Source: Podarcis tiliguerta (lineage: Eukaryota). Taken from it: DNA of 64,000 nt. The DNA is taken from NCBI GenBank assembly GCA_965153285.1, contig OZ229110.1. One strand, given 5' to 3'. A program made the position numbers and the translations under genes. The notes beneath the pieces were generated by a model. That model was not told the DNA's origin, did no database searches, and saw nothing but the letters and a program-made list of their open reading frames with translations. Below, in pieces: positions 1-13,424 of the stretch (its first letter is position 1; each line of letters starts with the position of its first letter).

Positions 1-265
1 GGCTTTTTAGTTTAGAAAAGAAGACAAGGAAGGCAGGGGAAGAGACATGATAGATATACAGGGTTAATAAAATTAAGTGTGATTTGGGGAAAGTGGGTAG
101 GGGGTAGTTTTTCTCCCTCTCTCCTAATGCCAGAACCCAGGGTCACCAAATGCAGCTGGCAGACCAAAGGAAGTGTTTCTTCACGCAGGGCGTAGTTTGA
201 CGATGGAATTCACAACCACAAGATGTGATGATGGTCACCAACTGAGATGATTTTAAAAGAGGAAC
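1..265 (+). mobile_element. CR1 LINE, degraded ORF2 3' end fragment
   Basis: Matches the typical CR1 ORF2 end: ttttctccctctctc...aaaggaagtgtttcttcac...tggaattcac...gatgtgatgatggtcaccaac. Ends approximate. Confidence 0.8.
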
Positions 266-1139
266 CTACGAATACTTTGTGGAAGATGTGGTGGTCCTTC
301 ACATGGGAAATGAAGTTGGAAATAAGTGGAGTGCATCCCACATGGGGTGGGTGGCTCTTCTCTGCGTGAAGCCATGGATTAAAGCAAAAGAACATGATGA
401 GGAAGGGCAAGGAACTGAAGGATGAAAGGACCAATGATGCATAAGCAGGGTTATGGCCTTGAAGATGAAAGCCGGGAGCACTAATGGGATGCAGGAGGAG
501 AGTGGGTGCTGATGCAGGAACTGAAGATGTGGTCTTTGTGTTGGCTGGCCTTCAGGTTCCGGGCCCTCGTCTCTCCACCCCCTCTGTGCACTTTTGAAAG
601 AGACCTCACGAGCAGCACAGCTGCCTTCTGTCACAAGGACAAGAGGGAACTGGAGAAATTCTGCACAGTGGTCGGGTAAATTTCTCTGTTTATTCAGATG
701 GCCTCTCCGTGGCAAGTATTTTGGGGATGATGGATGCTTGTCCCAGTCTCTGGACAATATCCATTTCCTGGGAGGGATCACCTGATTTCATGATCTCCGG
801 ACAGTCTCTGAGCTCGTAAACAGCTGTCTCACTTTTTTTTTTTAAAAAAAGGGATTTGCTTTACTGTAAAATAAAGGCTGGATCGTAAGACTGAAATATA
901 TCAAAGGTCAAGAGAGCATCATGGGAAAGAGGATGCATTGAATTCAAGTCAGTTGTATTCTTTTGTATAGTGAGATTCTCTCCTTGGGTTAATGTAAAAT
1001 TATGAAATTTGTGGCCTACCCGCAAAGCTGAGTTGAGTTGTGAGTTGAAAGTAAATGGCATGTTTCAAACATGTAAATTGTCTCTGAGTCTCGGTGGAAA
1101 TGTGGTCAAGTATAGGTAGATACCCACAAGATTCTACAA

Positions 1140-1390
1140 GCAGCAGTAATAGCCACCAACCTGGATGGCTCTGAAAGCTTAGACAAATTCATGGAGGTTG
1201 AAGCAATCTTTTACCTCCACTGTCAGAGGCAGTGTGCCTCTAAATACCAGCTGCAGGGAATCACAACTGGGGAGAACAGTGTTGTCCTCAGGACCTGCTT
1301 GCAGACTTCCCACGGCATCTTCTGGGAAGAAGAGGATGCGGAACTAGATGGGCCTTTGGCCTCATCCATCAGGGTTCTTATGCTCTTATG
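1140..1390 (+). mobile_element. CR1 LINE 3' end/3'UTR fragment
   Basis: gccaccaacctggatggct...agacaaattcatggagg, then ggaactagatgggcctttggcctcatcc...ttcttatgctcttatg, the squamate CR1 terminus. Confidence 0.8.
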
Positions 1391-1414
1391 CAAAGCCTCC
1401 ACCACATTGTCCCG

Positions 1415-1621
1415 CCTGCCTTTGTGGAACACCCTCCCAACTGATGTCAAACAGATAAGCAACAATATGTTTTTTAGAATACATCTGAAGGCAGCCTTGT
1501 ACAGGGAGGTTCTTAATGTTTGAAGTTTTATTATGTTTTAAATATTTTGGGAGCCTCCCAGAGTGGCTGGGGCAACCCAGTCAGATGGGTGGAATCATCA
1601 TCATCATCATCATCATCATCA
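1415..1621 (+). mobile_element. L2 LINE 3' end with (ATC)n tail
   Basis: Translates LWNTLPTDVKQ...FRIHLKAALYREVLNV*, near-identical to the L2 at 22850-23589. Followed by cccagagtggctggggcaacccagtcagatggg and an ATC microsatellite (1594-1621). Confidence 0.85.
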
Positions 1622-2252
1622 CCATATGCATAAAGGAGAAACAAAAACACTATATCAAAATTGCTTGGTGCCTGTTGTGATGTTCCATGGTTAGGGCTCA
1701 TGTATTAGGGAACTGCACAAGACAGGACTCTTTCAAGGGTAGCTCTTTCAGAACGGCAGCAGATGGTAGAAACCTTTGGGATAGCACTTCCATGTCCTAA
1801 AGAGAAGGATAAATGGAGGCAAAGAAAGATTAAGAAACAAGCAAGACACCAGAACAGGAGCAAGTGGTGCTGGGAGAGGGATCCCACTGGTTTGGGGTGG
1901 CTGTGAAGCATAGTTGAGGGTTGGAAACAGCAGCTCATCAGCACATGATGTTCACTGAAGAAAAGAGAGGGAAGCAAGCTGAGAGATTAACTCCAGCAGC
2001 AAGAGTCATGGCCTTATGAAATCACATGGTAAACAAGCTGCAGGGAAAGATAACACATGTGATTCTTAGGAAATAGTCCTTCCACAACCACATATTTGGG
2101 TAACATACATTCAGGAGTATGATGATCAGGATTGATCCATCACCATGCTCCCTTGAGAGACAATTTTCCTGCAATCTAACATCATTTCTCCAACTATGAC
2201 CATTCCTAATGCCTCAAATGAAGGACGTAGGGAAGGAGATCTCTATGATTTT

Positions 2253-3308
2253 GGCCCCATGTGCACTACATATTTAAAGCAGTGTCATACCACTTTAAAC
2301 AATCATGGCTTCCCTCAAAGAATCCTGGGGGCTGTAATTTCTTAACGGGGCTGGAGATTTTTAGGACAGCTCACAGCATCTGTCACAAACTCCAGTTCCC
2401 AGGATCCTTGGGGGGAAGCCATGTCGGTTCAAAAGTGGCATGGTACTGCTTTGTAGTGAATTAAGATTGCCGGAAGAAATATCAACAACCTCAGATATGC
2501 AGATGACACACCTTTGATGGCAGAAAGTGAGGAGGAATTAAAGAACCTTTTAATGAGGGTGAAAGAGGAGAGTGGAAAATATGGTCTGAAGCTCCACATC
2601 AAAAAAAGTAAGATCATGGCCACTGGTCCCATCACCTCCTGGCAAATAGAAGGGGAAGAAATGGAGGCAGAGAGAGATTTTACTTTTTTGGGCTCCATGA
2701 TCACTGCAGATGGTGACAGCAGCCACGAAATTATAAGATGCCTGCTTCTTGGGAGAAAAGCAATGACAAACCTAGACAGCATCTTAAAAAGCAGAAACAT
2801 CACCTTGCCGACAAAGGTCCGAATAGTTAAAAAGCTATGGTTTTCCCAGTAGTGATGGATGGAAGTGAGAGCTGGACCATAAAGAAGGCTGATCGCCGAA
2901 GAATTGATGCTTTTGAATTATGATGCTGGAGGAGACTCTTGAGAGTCCCATGGACTGCAAGAAGATCAGACCTATCCATTCTGAAGGAAATCAGCCCTGG
3001 GTGCTCACTGGAAAGACAGATCCTGAAGCTGAGGCTCCAACACTTTGGCCACCTCATGAGAAGAGAAGACTCCCTGGAAAAGACCCTGATGTTGGGAAAG
3101 ATTGAGGGCACATGGAGAAGGGGACTACAGAGGACAAGCTGGTTGGACAGTGTTCTCGAAGCTACCAACATGAGTTTGACCAAACTGCGGGAGGCGGTGG
3201 AAGACAGAAGTGCCTGGCATGCTCTGGTCCTTGGGGTCACGAGGAGTAGGACATGGCTAAACGACTAAACAACAACGACAACAACTGCTTTGTAGTACAG
3301 ATGGGGTC
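2253..3308. mobile_element. Palindromic non-autonomous DNA transposon (MITE), interrupted by Bov-B
   Basis: Left end ggccccatgtgcactaca (2253-2270) is the inverted repeat of tgtagtacagatggggtc (3291-3308), 15/18 match. Internal arms are also inverted. Partial copies at about 30095-30230, 35060-35190 and 50434-50542. Confidence 0.75.
2458..3283 (+). mobile_element. Bov-B (RTE clade) LINE, 5'-truncated, frameshifted RT C-terminus
   Basis: YADD motif at 2496-2507. Peptides MAESEEELKNLLMRVKEES... and RVPWTARRS...LKLRLQHFGHLMRREDSLEKTLMLGKIEG. (CAA)n tail. 13-bp TSD actgctttgtagt at 2445-2457 and 3284-3296. Confidence 0.95.
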
Positions 3309-4630
3309 TTCATTACAGTGCTTACTTTAGAAGGGAATAGAACATACAACAAAATGATCATTACCAGATATAACTGAGCTGGTGATTTACTTCCAAAACA
3401 CACTTGGAGGATATTTGGAAGCCAGACATCCTAATTAAATAGCACTGATTGTTGACTTTCTTATAACTGACTCATTAGAAGAGAACCTCCTGACAGATGA
3501 ACACCATGTTATTATTACAACTGAAACAACTTCATAAAGATGTTTTCCTGGCTTCTTTATAAAAGACGTCAAAATAGGCCACCTTGTGTTAGAGCTTAAA
3601 GATGTAATAATGACATAAACGACAACAGCTCCTTCCGGCACACTTCCTGGAGGCATTTTGTTTTCATGAGCTCACCATCAGTTCATCTCTGCTCCTGATA
3701 GCAACAGATGGTGACTCATGTCATGCAAAGAGTCGAGTTCTGTGACTCCAGCTTAGGGTTATTTCTTGTTAAAGCATCAGTTACATAAGCTATGGGTGGG
3801 GTGGAATGCCCAATAAAATAATATGAGATTATTAGGTCTCCTCCTCCTTTGGGGGGAAAAATGTCAAAGGGGATAGAAATAGTTTCTTGTTGGCACAATC
3901 TTTTCTTTGTGTCCAAAAAATCTCTCCACCAGGAGTAGCCAATGTGGTGCCCTCCAGCGGTTGTTGGTCTACAACTCCTGTTAACCTTGACCATTGACCA
4001 CGCTGGTGTGGTTTATGGGTTTTGGAGTCCAACAGCATTTGGAGAGCATCCTGGAAGGGAGTCCTTCTCAAATGAATGGCATTCAGAGATGTTTGTGTGC
4101 ATGTTTCACCTTTACTGTTACGTGACTAGTCATTTTTACATTATATTTTTAAACCATTCCCCGAAGACTTTCCTTTCCCAATGGCTGGATTATCCACATG
4201 CATTACATGGATTTTGTACATGTGGAAAAATGCAGGAGCAAGCGTTGATCTCTCTCTCTCTCACACACACACACAACTTACTGCATATTAAATATTGTAC
4301 GTGTATGTGCCTATGTCGGCTCTGCTCATGTGATCCATCCACTCAACTTTTTGGCAGACGAAGCATGGGAGGGACATCTGTTTGCAAACTTGTTAGGCCC
4401 TGGTTGACATTAACGGTTCAACATGTGGTTGGGAAGTTCTCTCATGCCTGAGGCTCACTAGCACACTCTGCCACATGTGCATTGTGCATGCCAGGTTGGT
4501 GTGCAAACTGGCCCCTAGAAATAGCAATTCAATTGCCGAGGCATTGCAACTATATTCACTTTTCAGTAATGTATCACATCAGGTCACAGTGACCTTCAAT
4601 GTGGTACTAGGAAAAGAGAAGCCTTTAAAG

Positions 4631-4766
4631 CAGGGGTGAGGAATGTATGACCCCTCCAGCTGTTGTCAGATTACAACTTTCATCATCCCTGACCACTGAC
4701 CATGCTGGATGGGGCTGATGCGAGTTGGAGTCCAACATCTGGAGGGCCACACGTTCCCCACCCCTG
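4631..4766. mobile_element. hAT-type MITE
   Basis: TIRs caggggtgaggaa / ttccccacccctg. 8-bp TSD ctttaaag / ctttaaaa. Internal palindrome. Eroded relatives at about 3925-4060, 10225-10335, 15520-15665, 29990-30095, 37040-37155, 37955-38085, 47205-47330 and 55760-55850. Confidence 0.85.
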
Positions 4767-5509
4767 CTTTAAAAGGTCAAAGGATCTTAGATTGTAACCT
4801 TAGAAAAACATGCAAATAGAGGTTGCAAAGCTGCAGACCGGGAATTATTTTGTTACCAAGAAGATAATGAAATAAAGCAGCTGGCAAAGGGGATTGAGTG
4901 ATAGTGGGTGGCTCCAAGTAGCATCTCATTTTTATTAATCATCATCTGAAGAGTCTAAATCCTCTTTAGGAAATCATGCTTTCCAGGTTGCAAATGAAAT
5001 GGCTGTTTTGGAGATAATGTTTAATAAATTAACTGGAAGGTACATGCATTATGTAAAACAAGTATATGGGAGAGGGGAAGTATATGTCAAATTATGCACA
5101 ATATTGGGAAGCAATGGGCCTGCTGTTTTCCACAGTTGGGAGAATGGAGGTCTTCAAGCAATTCCTGACTCCTGTGCAAACATGTTGCTTGAAGACCTCC
5201 ATTCTCCTAACTGTGAAAAGCAGCATGCACAGGGACTTTTGTCAGCACAACTGAACTTCCCGTCCCTCTTCCAGAGCCCCACTAAGTCTGTTCTGGGTAA
5301 ACCCACAACTCCGCAGAGCAGATCAGTCTAGGGAGGACATGAGGCATATGCTGAGAGAGAAGGGGGATGTTCCCTTGTGCAAACAGAAACTCTTGTGCTA
5401 ACAGAATGAATGCATTGGATACTAATCAGTGAGTACCTTGGGCAGCAACTCCTTTGCACTGGCCATTCATACAGAATGTTTCCATGTGTGTGATTCATGT
5501 TTATATTAT

Positions 5510-5702
5510 TTCATTATTTACTGCATTTATAACCCACCTTTTTCTCCAAGGAGCTCAAAGTGGCATACATAGTTCTCCTTCTCATTTAATCCCCACAGCA
5601 ACCCTGTAAGGTAGGTTAGGCAAGAGGCAACAACTGGATAGTGAGCTTCATGACTGAGTGGGAATTTGAACCCTGCACTCTGACCATTACACCCTACTGG
5701 CT
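5510..5702 (-). mobile_element. tRNA-headed MIR/Squam3-like SINE with L2-type tail
   Basis: atttaatccccacagcaaccctgtaaggtagg...gtgggaatttgaaccctg (B-box on the minus strand). Similar relics at about 11340-11490 and 63620-63735. Confidence 0.65.
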
Positions 5703-7463
5703 ATCACTGATGCATGCTCTAAGTCTGAATGGGGATAAATTCCTTTGACCATAAGCATAGTTCTCCATAAGCACAAAATTATCTCCTGCTGATGCTTTGA
5801 CCCAAGTAAAATGAGTTGTGCACCGGCATCCTGTTCTCACAGTGGCTAACCAGAAGGACAGAAGCAGGACATGAGTGCAACAGTATATTGCCCACCTGTG
5901 ATCCCAACGTTAGTGCAGAACAGGGATGGGGAACCTGTGACCTGCCAGATCTTGTTGTATTCCTGTTCACCTCAGATATCTTGGGCAATAGTTGGGGATA
6001 ATGGGGTTGTAGTCCAGCAAGATTCAGAGAGCCATGCATCCTCTCTGGTATAGGAGTATACAAAAGTCTGAATTAACACAAAACGCTTCATTATGCACAG
6101 TACTGTGCTAGATAGATCAATGGCCTGACTTGGTATGAGGCAAATTCCAATGTTCTTAGGGATTAAGAGGAAAATATTCAGCATCTACATTTTTGGAAAC
6201 TTCTGTTTTGACTTGTACTTTGCTAAGATGCTGGCATCATTCAAGATCTTTTATCCTCTGAATTTGTTTAGATTTCCCCCCTTCTTCTTTTTGGCATTGT
6301 TCTCTTTTTCCACACAGCATGACCTTACTTGACTCACTTGCTGTGAAGGCCATGTCCAAACCTCTCAATCAGTACAAGAAAAACCTAACACAAATTGTCC
6401 CTTGTGGAAGCCATTAACTCACACTCATCCAGCACTGAGACTTGACCTCAATACTCCATCTCCCCTTTCTTCCACCTCACTGTGAGTTCACTCATTGTGG
6501 ACTCAACTGGTATTTGCTTTCCAAGTGGAAAAGTGGCTGGGTCTCCAGCAGACTCCAGTAATAACCATCCGCTGGTGCCATGCTTTCCCCCGGTCAACAC
6601 CCATCATGCTTCATGTTCATTGTTATGAAACCTGTGAGCTCTTTAACATGTGGCTTAGTCTTGCATGGTGGATGCCAGGAATAAGCAAAAACAAATAAGA
6701 GTTCTGTGCAGAGAAAACCAGCACGCCTCTAGTCAAGCATACAGTGTAAATGCCACACTCTGCTTTAAAAGGTACATGTATCAGGCATCTTTCTGGCACA
6801 GCATAGTAAGTAATGTTTGTTTCAAAATAAAATGAAAAGTTATCTGGTAGTGTTCAGTAAATTCTGTGCCTTTCTACTCAGATGTGAGCTTACAGGCACC
6901 GTTTAAAGCGGTAGCAATTACCCTTAAAACCACAATTGCCTCAGAAACCACCTTCCCCCATACCACTCAGCCCACTTCCTGACATACAAATGAGACATAC
7001 TCCTTTCTGCTCCACCTAGGGTGGAAGCATGGTTGATAACAACAAAAGATAGAGTCTTCTCAATGGCTGCACCAATGCCGCAGAACACCTTGCCCAAAGA
7101 AGTGGAATGACCCCTCTGTGGCTGCCTTTTGCTAGCTGATAAAAGACAGATCTTTGCCCACTAAGTGGTCTGCTGTAAAGATCGTGTTTGATATGTGGTC
7201 TCTGACTCTTGTATTTTAATGTTGCATTTTTAAATTGCATTTTATGTCATTGTGATTTTAAATTGTTGTAAGCTACACTGAGTAGTGCATAAATGCTAGG
7301 AGGGCAAGATAGACATTTCTATATGAAATAAGTAGGTAAGTTTCACTGACTTCAGTGGGGCTAATTTTATTTAAAAAAATATTTATGGTATATATCGCTA
7401 TATCATTAAAAAATAATCAAAGCTGCTTAGAGCAATAAAACATAAAATTCTACACTAAAACAC

Positions 7464-7730
7464 TAGGGTTGCCATATTTTAAAAAGTACTGTAAAGTTGT
7501 TGAGCTTTTGTTCTTTTAGAAACCCACCAAAATTGTTGAGCTTGGGGAAACTTCCCCCCAAAATAGTGATTTTAAGCTTCTGGGGCTGTTTCCGCTGTTT
7601 TCTCCATCGTGTTGCCATACATTCGGGTTTTCCCTGACATTTTGCCAATTTGGCTAAATTCCCCCAGACGCCATTTTTGCACCCGAAAACCAGGACATGT
7701 GAGGAATTTTCTTGATGTATGGCAAGCCTA
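7464..7730. mobile_element. hAT (Blackjack-like TIR) non-autonomous element
   Basis: TIRs tagggttgccata / tatggcaagccta. Sits inside an A-rich old L2 tail. TSD poorly preserved. Confidence 0.65.
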
Positions 7731-7840
7731 AAAATATATGCAAAGGTTAAAAACGACATCCATTGACCATAGTGGAAAGATGTGTTCTTAAGTGCTTGCA
7801 TAGGCCTGGCAGAATAGAAAAGTTTTCTATCGGGCCCCCG

Positions 7841-7990
7841 AGCCATCTGAAGGCAGTCCTGTATAGGGAAGTTTTTTTAAATGCTTACTGTTTTATTACT
7901 AGTTTTATTAAGTCGGAAGCTGCCAAGAATTACTGGGGCAACCCACTGAGATGTGTGGGGTATAAATAGTTAAATTATCATTATCATTAT
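7841..7990 (+). mobile_element. L2 extreme 3' end
   Basis: catctgaaggcagtcctgtatagggaagtttt...ggggcaacccactgagatgtgtggggtataaat plus a (TTATCA)n tail. Confidence 0.7.
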
Positions 7991-10900
7991 TATCCCTATT
8001 TTCATCGGAGAAATGTTGGAAGGTATGGATTTTGAACCTATGAGCAGCCAGGGTCACTCTGCCTCGTAGGAAACCTTCTGGGGGCCACACTCCAGTGGTG
8101 GGCAGGGCCAGAGGCAAGAGTGGCCGGAGCAACAGCTGCATACAGAAGACTACATTCCATCCAGCTTGCCATCCATTCAGCATTTGGTGTAATTACAGTT
8201 TAAGGACTTCACCAGCCAGGTGAAGGCACTCAAGGATGAGACAGAGCAGCACTGGAGACAAATGTCACCTGGAGAGGTGTGTGTGGTCTGGAGAGAGTAC
8301 CAAGAGTCAAGCAGAAAAGGTTTGCAGGGCTGCATTTGGCCCGCAGTTCTAAAGTGAAAGCTGTCTATTGTTTTTGAAACACATCAAACCCTTACAAATG
8401 CTTCTTATTTGGAGTGCACTGAAAGCACTGTGTGTTGGTGTGGACGTGTAACAATGCACATGTTGTGTAACCCGTTCTGCTCTGGCTTGACATCTTGTTC
8501 AAATAAACACTGGGCCAGTCTCGAGCTTCAGTTGTGTTATTCTTAGCATAGATTTCTTTTTCTCAGGATGGCACAGTGCTCCCAGGCTGGTAGCCTGCCT
8601 GTAAGGTCTGCTGCTAATGAAATACACGTTTCTGTGAAATGGTAGCTCCTCTCACAAATATCCATTACAAGGAAATATTCTCCAGGGAGATCTTGCCACT
8701 AGCCCCCATCCTCAGCCAGGTAAGGACTATGTAAAATTAGCTCCTGTATAATAGTATCGATTAAAGCTTTGGATTGGGTTTAAAATACCTAGCATTAAAA
8801 ATCTAGCTCTGAAGGGTTTGTGTGCCATAATCTTTTCCTGAAACTGTATCCAGATGGGGCGGTTACATTGCCCTATCGCCCCTGAAATCTTTTGTTTGAG
8901 ACCAAATATGTCAAAACAAGTGATGGCTGGTCCAGTCACACACCTTAGGACATGTCTGCTCATACAGAAGATTTAGCGATAAAGTAGCTAGTTAGTAGCA
9001 CTGCTGAAAGCGACCTGATTTGGCTCTCCTCTTAACACACGTGTAACTGGCACATGCTAGATGGGAAGGGAGGAAAATGAGATGGGAGTAATTAAAGAAA
9101 AGACCAATGAATGAAACAGAGGGACGGAGGGCCTGTGTGATGGTGAACAATCAGTAGCATCACACTAGCCTTCAACTAAAATTGAAATCAGATGTGGGTG
9201 CAGCAAAGGCAAACCCATGACTGATTCCCCACATTTCCTGGCTGTTGGAGGACAGAGATGTGCAGGCTACATGGCCCATCTCTCCCCCCTCCCAACCCCC
9301 CCCCTCCTAGTTTGTGCAGTATAAGATGCTGCCTTGTCACCAATGTTAAAGCAAGATTCACTTGCCAGTCTGGTTGCCTCTGTACATCTTGTTCTTCACT
9401 TCAGGCAGCAAAATGTCTTGGGAAGGCCCTGGCTGAAACACACTAGAAGGAACTGCAGGATGAAAACAGTGCTCCAATCAGAGGAGAGAACTTCCAAAGA
9501 CCTATTCACAAAAGTGAGTGAATGACTATGAGCGACTTGTTAATGAGACCCACCTTACAGCTGGACATGTGCTGCTTCCCAACTGAATGTTGATAGAATC
9601 CACAGAGCTTCCTGGCCATTTTCCTGTGACAGCTTCAGAGACATTGGAGGCTGGACCTCCTGCGCCAGTAAAGTGCAATGACCTCGAGATTACAGCAAGT
9701 TGTCTGGCTTTGTGTTCTTTCATCACAGTCAGAATTGTAAAGCTGGTGTAAAATTCTGCACAGAATGAACAGCGGCAACATTTTCTGCAAGAGCAAGGAG
9801 AAGTTTGGGGAGCTGCAGGTTCGGAGGAGAGAAGTGATTCCAAGCTCAGAGAGTCAGGACCAAATTGCACTAAATAAATTCAGATCCTGATGCATTTGAG
9901 CAGCATAGATTCTGAGCAAATTTACATATGAAGGATAAGAAAAGCTGAGTGTGAAACAGAGAAAAACTGTGCTGAAATATCTCAGACAAGGCTCTGGGCA
10001 TTCCAAGATTGTCACTGGGTTTCACCTCTCAGTGGAAGTTCATTGTGGATTTGGTTGTTCTTTGTCAGGTAAAACATCTGAGCCATTTCAAGTGAAGGCA
10101 AAAAATATTTTTGCAAGCGACATTTCTTTGATTTGGGTCTGTACATCCCTTGTTTGAGTGGCCCTCTCCTTTGAACACCTGAACCAACCTGTGACTCTCC
10201 ATACACTGTGAGAGATCACCTCCCATCACACTCTACCTCTACAGTTCCCACCATCCCACCCACCGTGCTGGTTGGGGCTGGTGGGAGTTTGGAATCCAAC
10301 AAACCCCAGAAGGCTACAAACCTCCCACCCCCATTTTAAGCGCAAGCTTGAGCTATGAAAGAGTTAGTACAACATCGTTTTAAATTTCACTCACTAGATA
10401 AATATGGGGTGGTGGTGGTTAGGGACCGGGGGCCCGTCAGTGTCAATCCTAGGTTAAGTGTTTTGCAGGAAAGCTCTCCTTTCTCATGACGTGCTGTGAA
10501 AGCCAAAATGCTTTCCTCACCACCAACAACTGCCTTTCATTCTGTGGTTAGCGTGGAGCTCCAAAGATTGTTCTGCCAGGGTCGTTGCCATCGCTGCTGG
10601 ATTGGGGCGGTTTGGAAACTCAGTGAACTTTGCGGCCACTTTGGTATAATTCTAAAGGATTGTTTTACAGGGGGATGAGTCATGTTATTGGTGGAGCAAA
10701 AGGGGGGGGGGAGCAAGAAAAGAAACAACTGACCCCGGGGACTGTATGACGAGAGAAGCCTAAGCAGTGCACCACCCTCTAATAACACACAGACTCGGGC
10801 AAGGGTGAGGGCCAGCCAAGATAAATGGATTGCATCAACTCAGTGGATATTGTCTTATTATATCAAAGCTTTCCTTCCTCTTAATGAAAGCTGTAAAAGC

Positions 10901-11546
10901 ATCTCCCTTTCATCACTTGAGCTCCCACAGTCCAGCTCATGCACCTTCTGCCTGAGAGGTGGTTGGGAGAGTGACAAAATGGGCAGGAGGGGAAATGGAA
11001 GAGATGGGTCTTCCCAGGAAGTCTAAACACCCATCCTTATGCTGAGTTTGTCTCTTTTGTTTCCCACAGTGCTTCCACTTTCACATGTCGGAAAAATAGA
11101 GAGCAGGACAAAAGGTCTGATGTTACAGGGAGCCCAGAAAAGGTCAAGCAACAGGTGAGGATTGGACAAATTCATGGAGGATAAGGCTATCAGTGTCTAC
11201 TAGCCATCTTTTTTATTAAGCAATGCTGCCCCTGGGAACGAGGCTGGACCATGATGCAGCATGCTTCTCATTCAAACATTTTTACTGGATAGCAGTAGCT
11301 GATGGATGCAGTCAACCACTGTTTCAAGCAGTGGCAAACTTTTTATCCTTACTACAATCTTGTGATGTAAGTTAAGCTGAAAGCACACAACTGGTGCAAG
11401 GTCACCCAGGAATTTCATGGCTGAGTGGGGATTCAATCCTGGGTCTCCCCAATTGTAGTCCAATACTCTAACAAATATGTCACACTGGCTCTTATAGAGC
11501 TTGGCCTCTATGTCCCCCACTCCCAAAAGCTAAGGTCTGGCAACAC

Positions 11547-11670
11547 CAGGGTTTCCCAAACTTGGGTCTCCAGCTGTTTTCGCATCATCCCTGACCTCTG
11601 GACCTGCTAGCTAAGGATGACGGGGACTGTGGTCCAAAAACAGCTGGAGGCCCAAGTTTGGGTTACCCTG
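11547..11670. mobile_element. hAT-type MITE
   Basis: TIRs cagggtttcccaaacttggg / cccaagtttgggttaccctg. 8-bp TSD ggcaacac / ggctacac. Confidence 0.85.
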
Positions 11671-11928
11671 GGCTACACTATCTTCACCTCAAAAACCACT
11701 GAAAGAAGATGAGCTGTTCTGAAACTTAGTGAGGGCTAAAGGAGTAAAATTCAACAAGCAGAAATCACCTAACATAGAGTGAAGACATTCTCAGAAAAAA
11801 TATTTTCTGAGAAGTTATCTGAGAATTTTCTTGTTGAGGACCTTGCTGAACTGCTGAATAATTTCAGGTGCTCAGCCCCAGAGAATAATTGCTCACCACC
11901 TACAATTTCACTGTGTGCAAACAGGATA

Positions 11929-12250
11929 AGGTAAAGGACCCCTGACCATTAGGTCCAGTCGTGACCGACTCTGGGGTTGTGGTGCTCATCTTGCTTTATT
12001 GGCCGAAGGAGCCAGCGTACAGCTTCCGGGTCATGTGGCCAGCATGACAAAGCTGCTTCTGGCGAACCAGAGCAGCACACAGTGGTACCTATTTATCTAC
12101 TTGCACTTTGATGTGCTTTCCAACTGCTAGGTTGGCAGGAGCAGGGACTAAGCAACGGGAGCTCACCCCATCACGGGGATTTGAACTGCCGACCTTCTGA
12201 TTGGCAAGTCCTTGGCTCCGTGGTTTAACCCACAGCGCCACACGCGTCCC
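11929..12250 (-). mobile_element. Sauria (Squam1) SINE, both ends present
   Basis: The minus strand starts gggacgcgtgtggcgctgtgggttaaacc and ends in a tacctt tail. Perfect 13-bp TSD tgcaaacaggata (11916-11928, 12251-12263). Internal deletion near 12080. Confidence 0.93.
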
Positions 12251-12734
12251 TGCAAACAGGATAGTCGATTTCAAATGCAACTGCAAATCTAAACCAATAT
12301 GTTTTAATGTTGCTGAAGGAAGCAATGAGCTTGGCACCTCTTCCTTCCAAGCCTTTCTCTTCAATCCCTGGATGCTCGAGGATTTTGTTTGGTCCACAAT
12401 TCTAAGTGAACTGTCCACTTCCTAGACTAAATAGGTGGATCAAATGCAGTTATAATTCAGTTTCCCTGAATATTACAGTACAGGCTCTTGGCTCCAAAGA
12501 AACCCATACCAAAAATGTATACAAAAGTGCATATTTATAGGAGGACACATATTTCAGGGCAAAAATGCATATTTTGTGGGGGGAATAAATTAACAACAGT
12601 GGAAGCTTTCATGCATTTGAAAACCAAATTGCAGATTAGTGTGGAAACAGGAGGGAATGGACTTATGTGAAACTGGCGTGGGCCAAAGAATCCATCCGTC
12701 CCAACATAGCTCATTGCTTTAAGAGTGCAAGAAG

Positions 12735-12882
12735 CCAGTATCCTGTTCCCACAGTATCCAATGAGATGCCTCTGGGAAACCCACAAGCAGAACCTTACTA
12801 CATACTATGTATTGCCCTCTCTCTCCAGCTGTGATTCCCAGGGACTATCATTCAGTGGCACATTGCCTCTGACAGAGGAAGC
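12735..12882 (-). mobile_element. CR1 3'UTR fragment
   Basis: ccagtatcctgttcccacag...gatgcctctgggaaacccacaagcag...cattgcctctgacag. Same family at about 21492-21615 (-), 32100-32325 (-), 49440-49550 (-), 57622-57815 (+) and 62525-62700 (+). Confidence 0.7.
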
Positions 12883-13424
12883 CTACAGTAGTTTTCCCTC
12901 ATCCACCAAGAAGAACTAACACTATAGATTCAGAAGAGAATTTTCATTCTTGAACTGTTGGAAAATTTGCCCATTTTCCTACTCAGAAACAATGTGGCAA
13001 CTGTCCTGCTTGCAGAGACTTGAAGTTTCTTCTGTTGTGCAAGACTCTGCATGTTTTACTCGGAAGTAAGTACAGGCAACCTCCGATTTTTGTGGGGGTT
13101 GCATTCTTGGCACATGCATGCATCAGGGGAGCTTGCATAAGCCTGCCCTGCCCCATGATGCCCTCTTCCAGGTCCAAAGCGACCCACAGATCAGCAGTCA
13201 CACATCAATTAAATGTGCTCAAAATTGCCATTGCCTGCACTAATGTGTTCAGTGAGGCTTACTCCCAGGAGAGTGTGCATAGGATACCCATGTTAACCAT
13301 TTAGCACATGATGCAGAAGTGCCAACCAACAGGGTCACTACACCTCCACCCGCCACACCATGCTTTATTATGCCTTTGCTGCTATTACTTACTCTCTACC
13401 ACAGCTTATTTTCTGAATAGGTCC

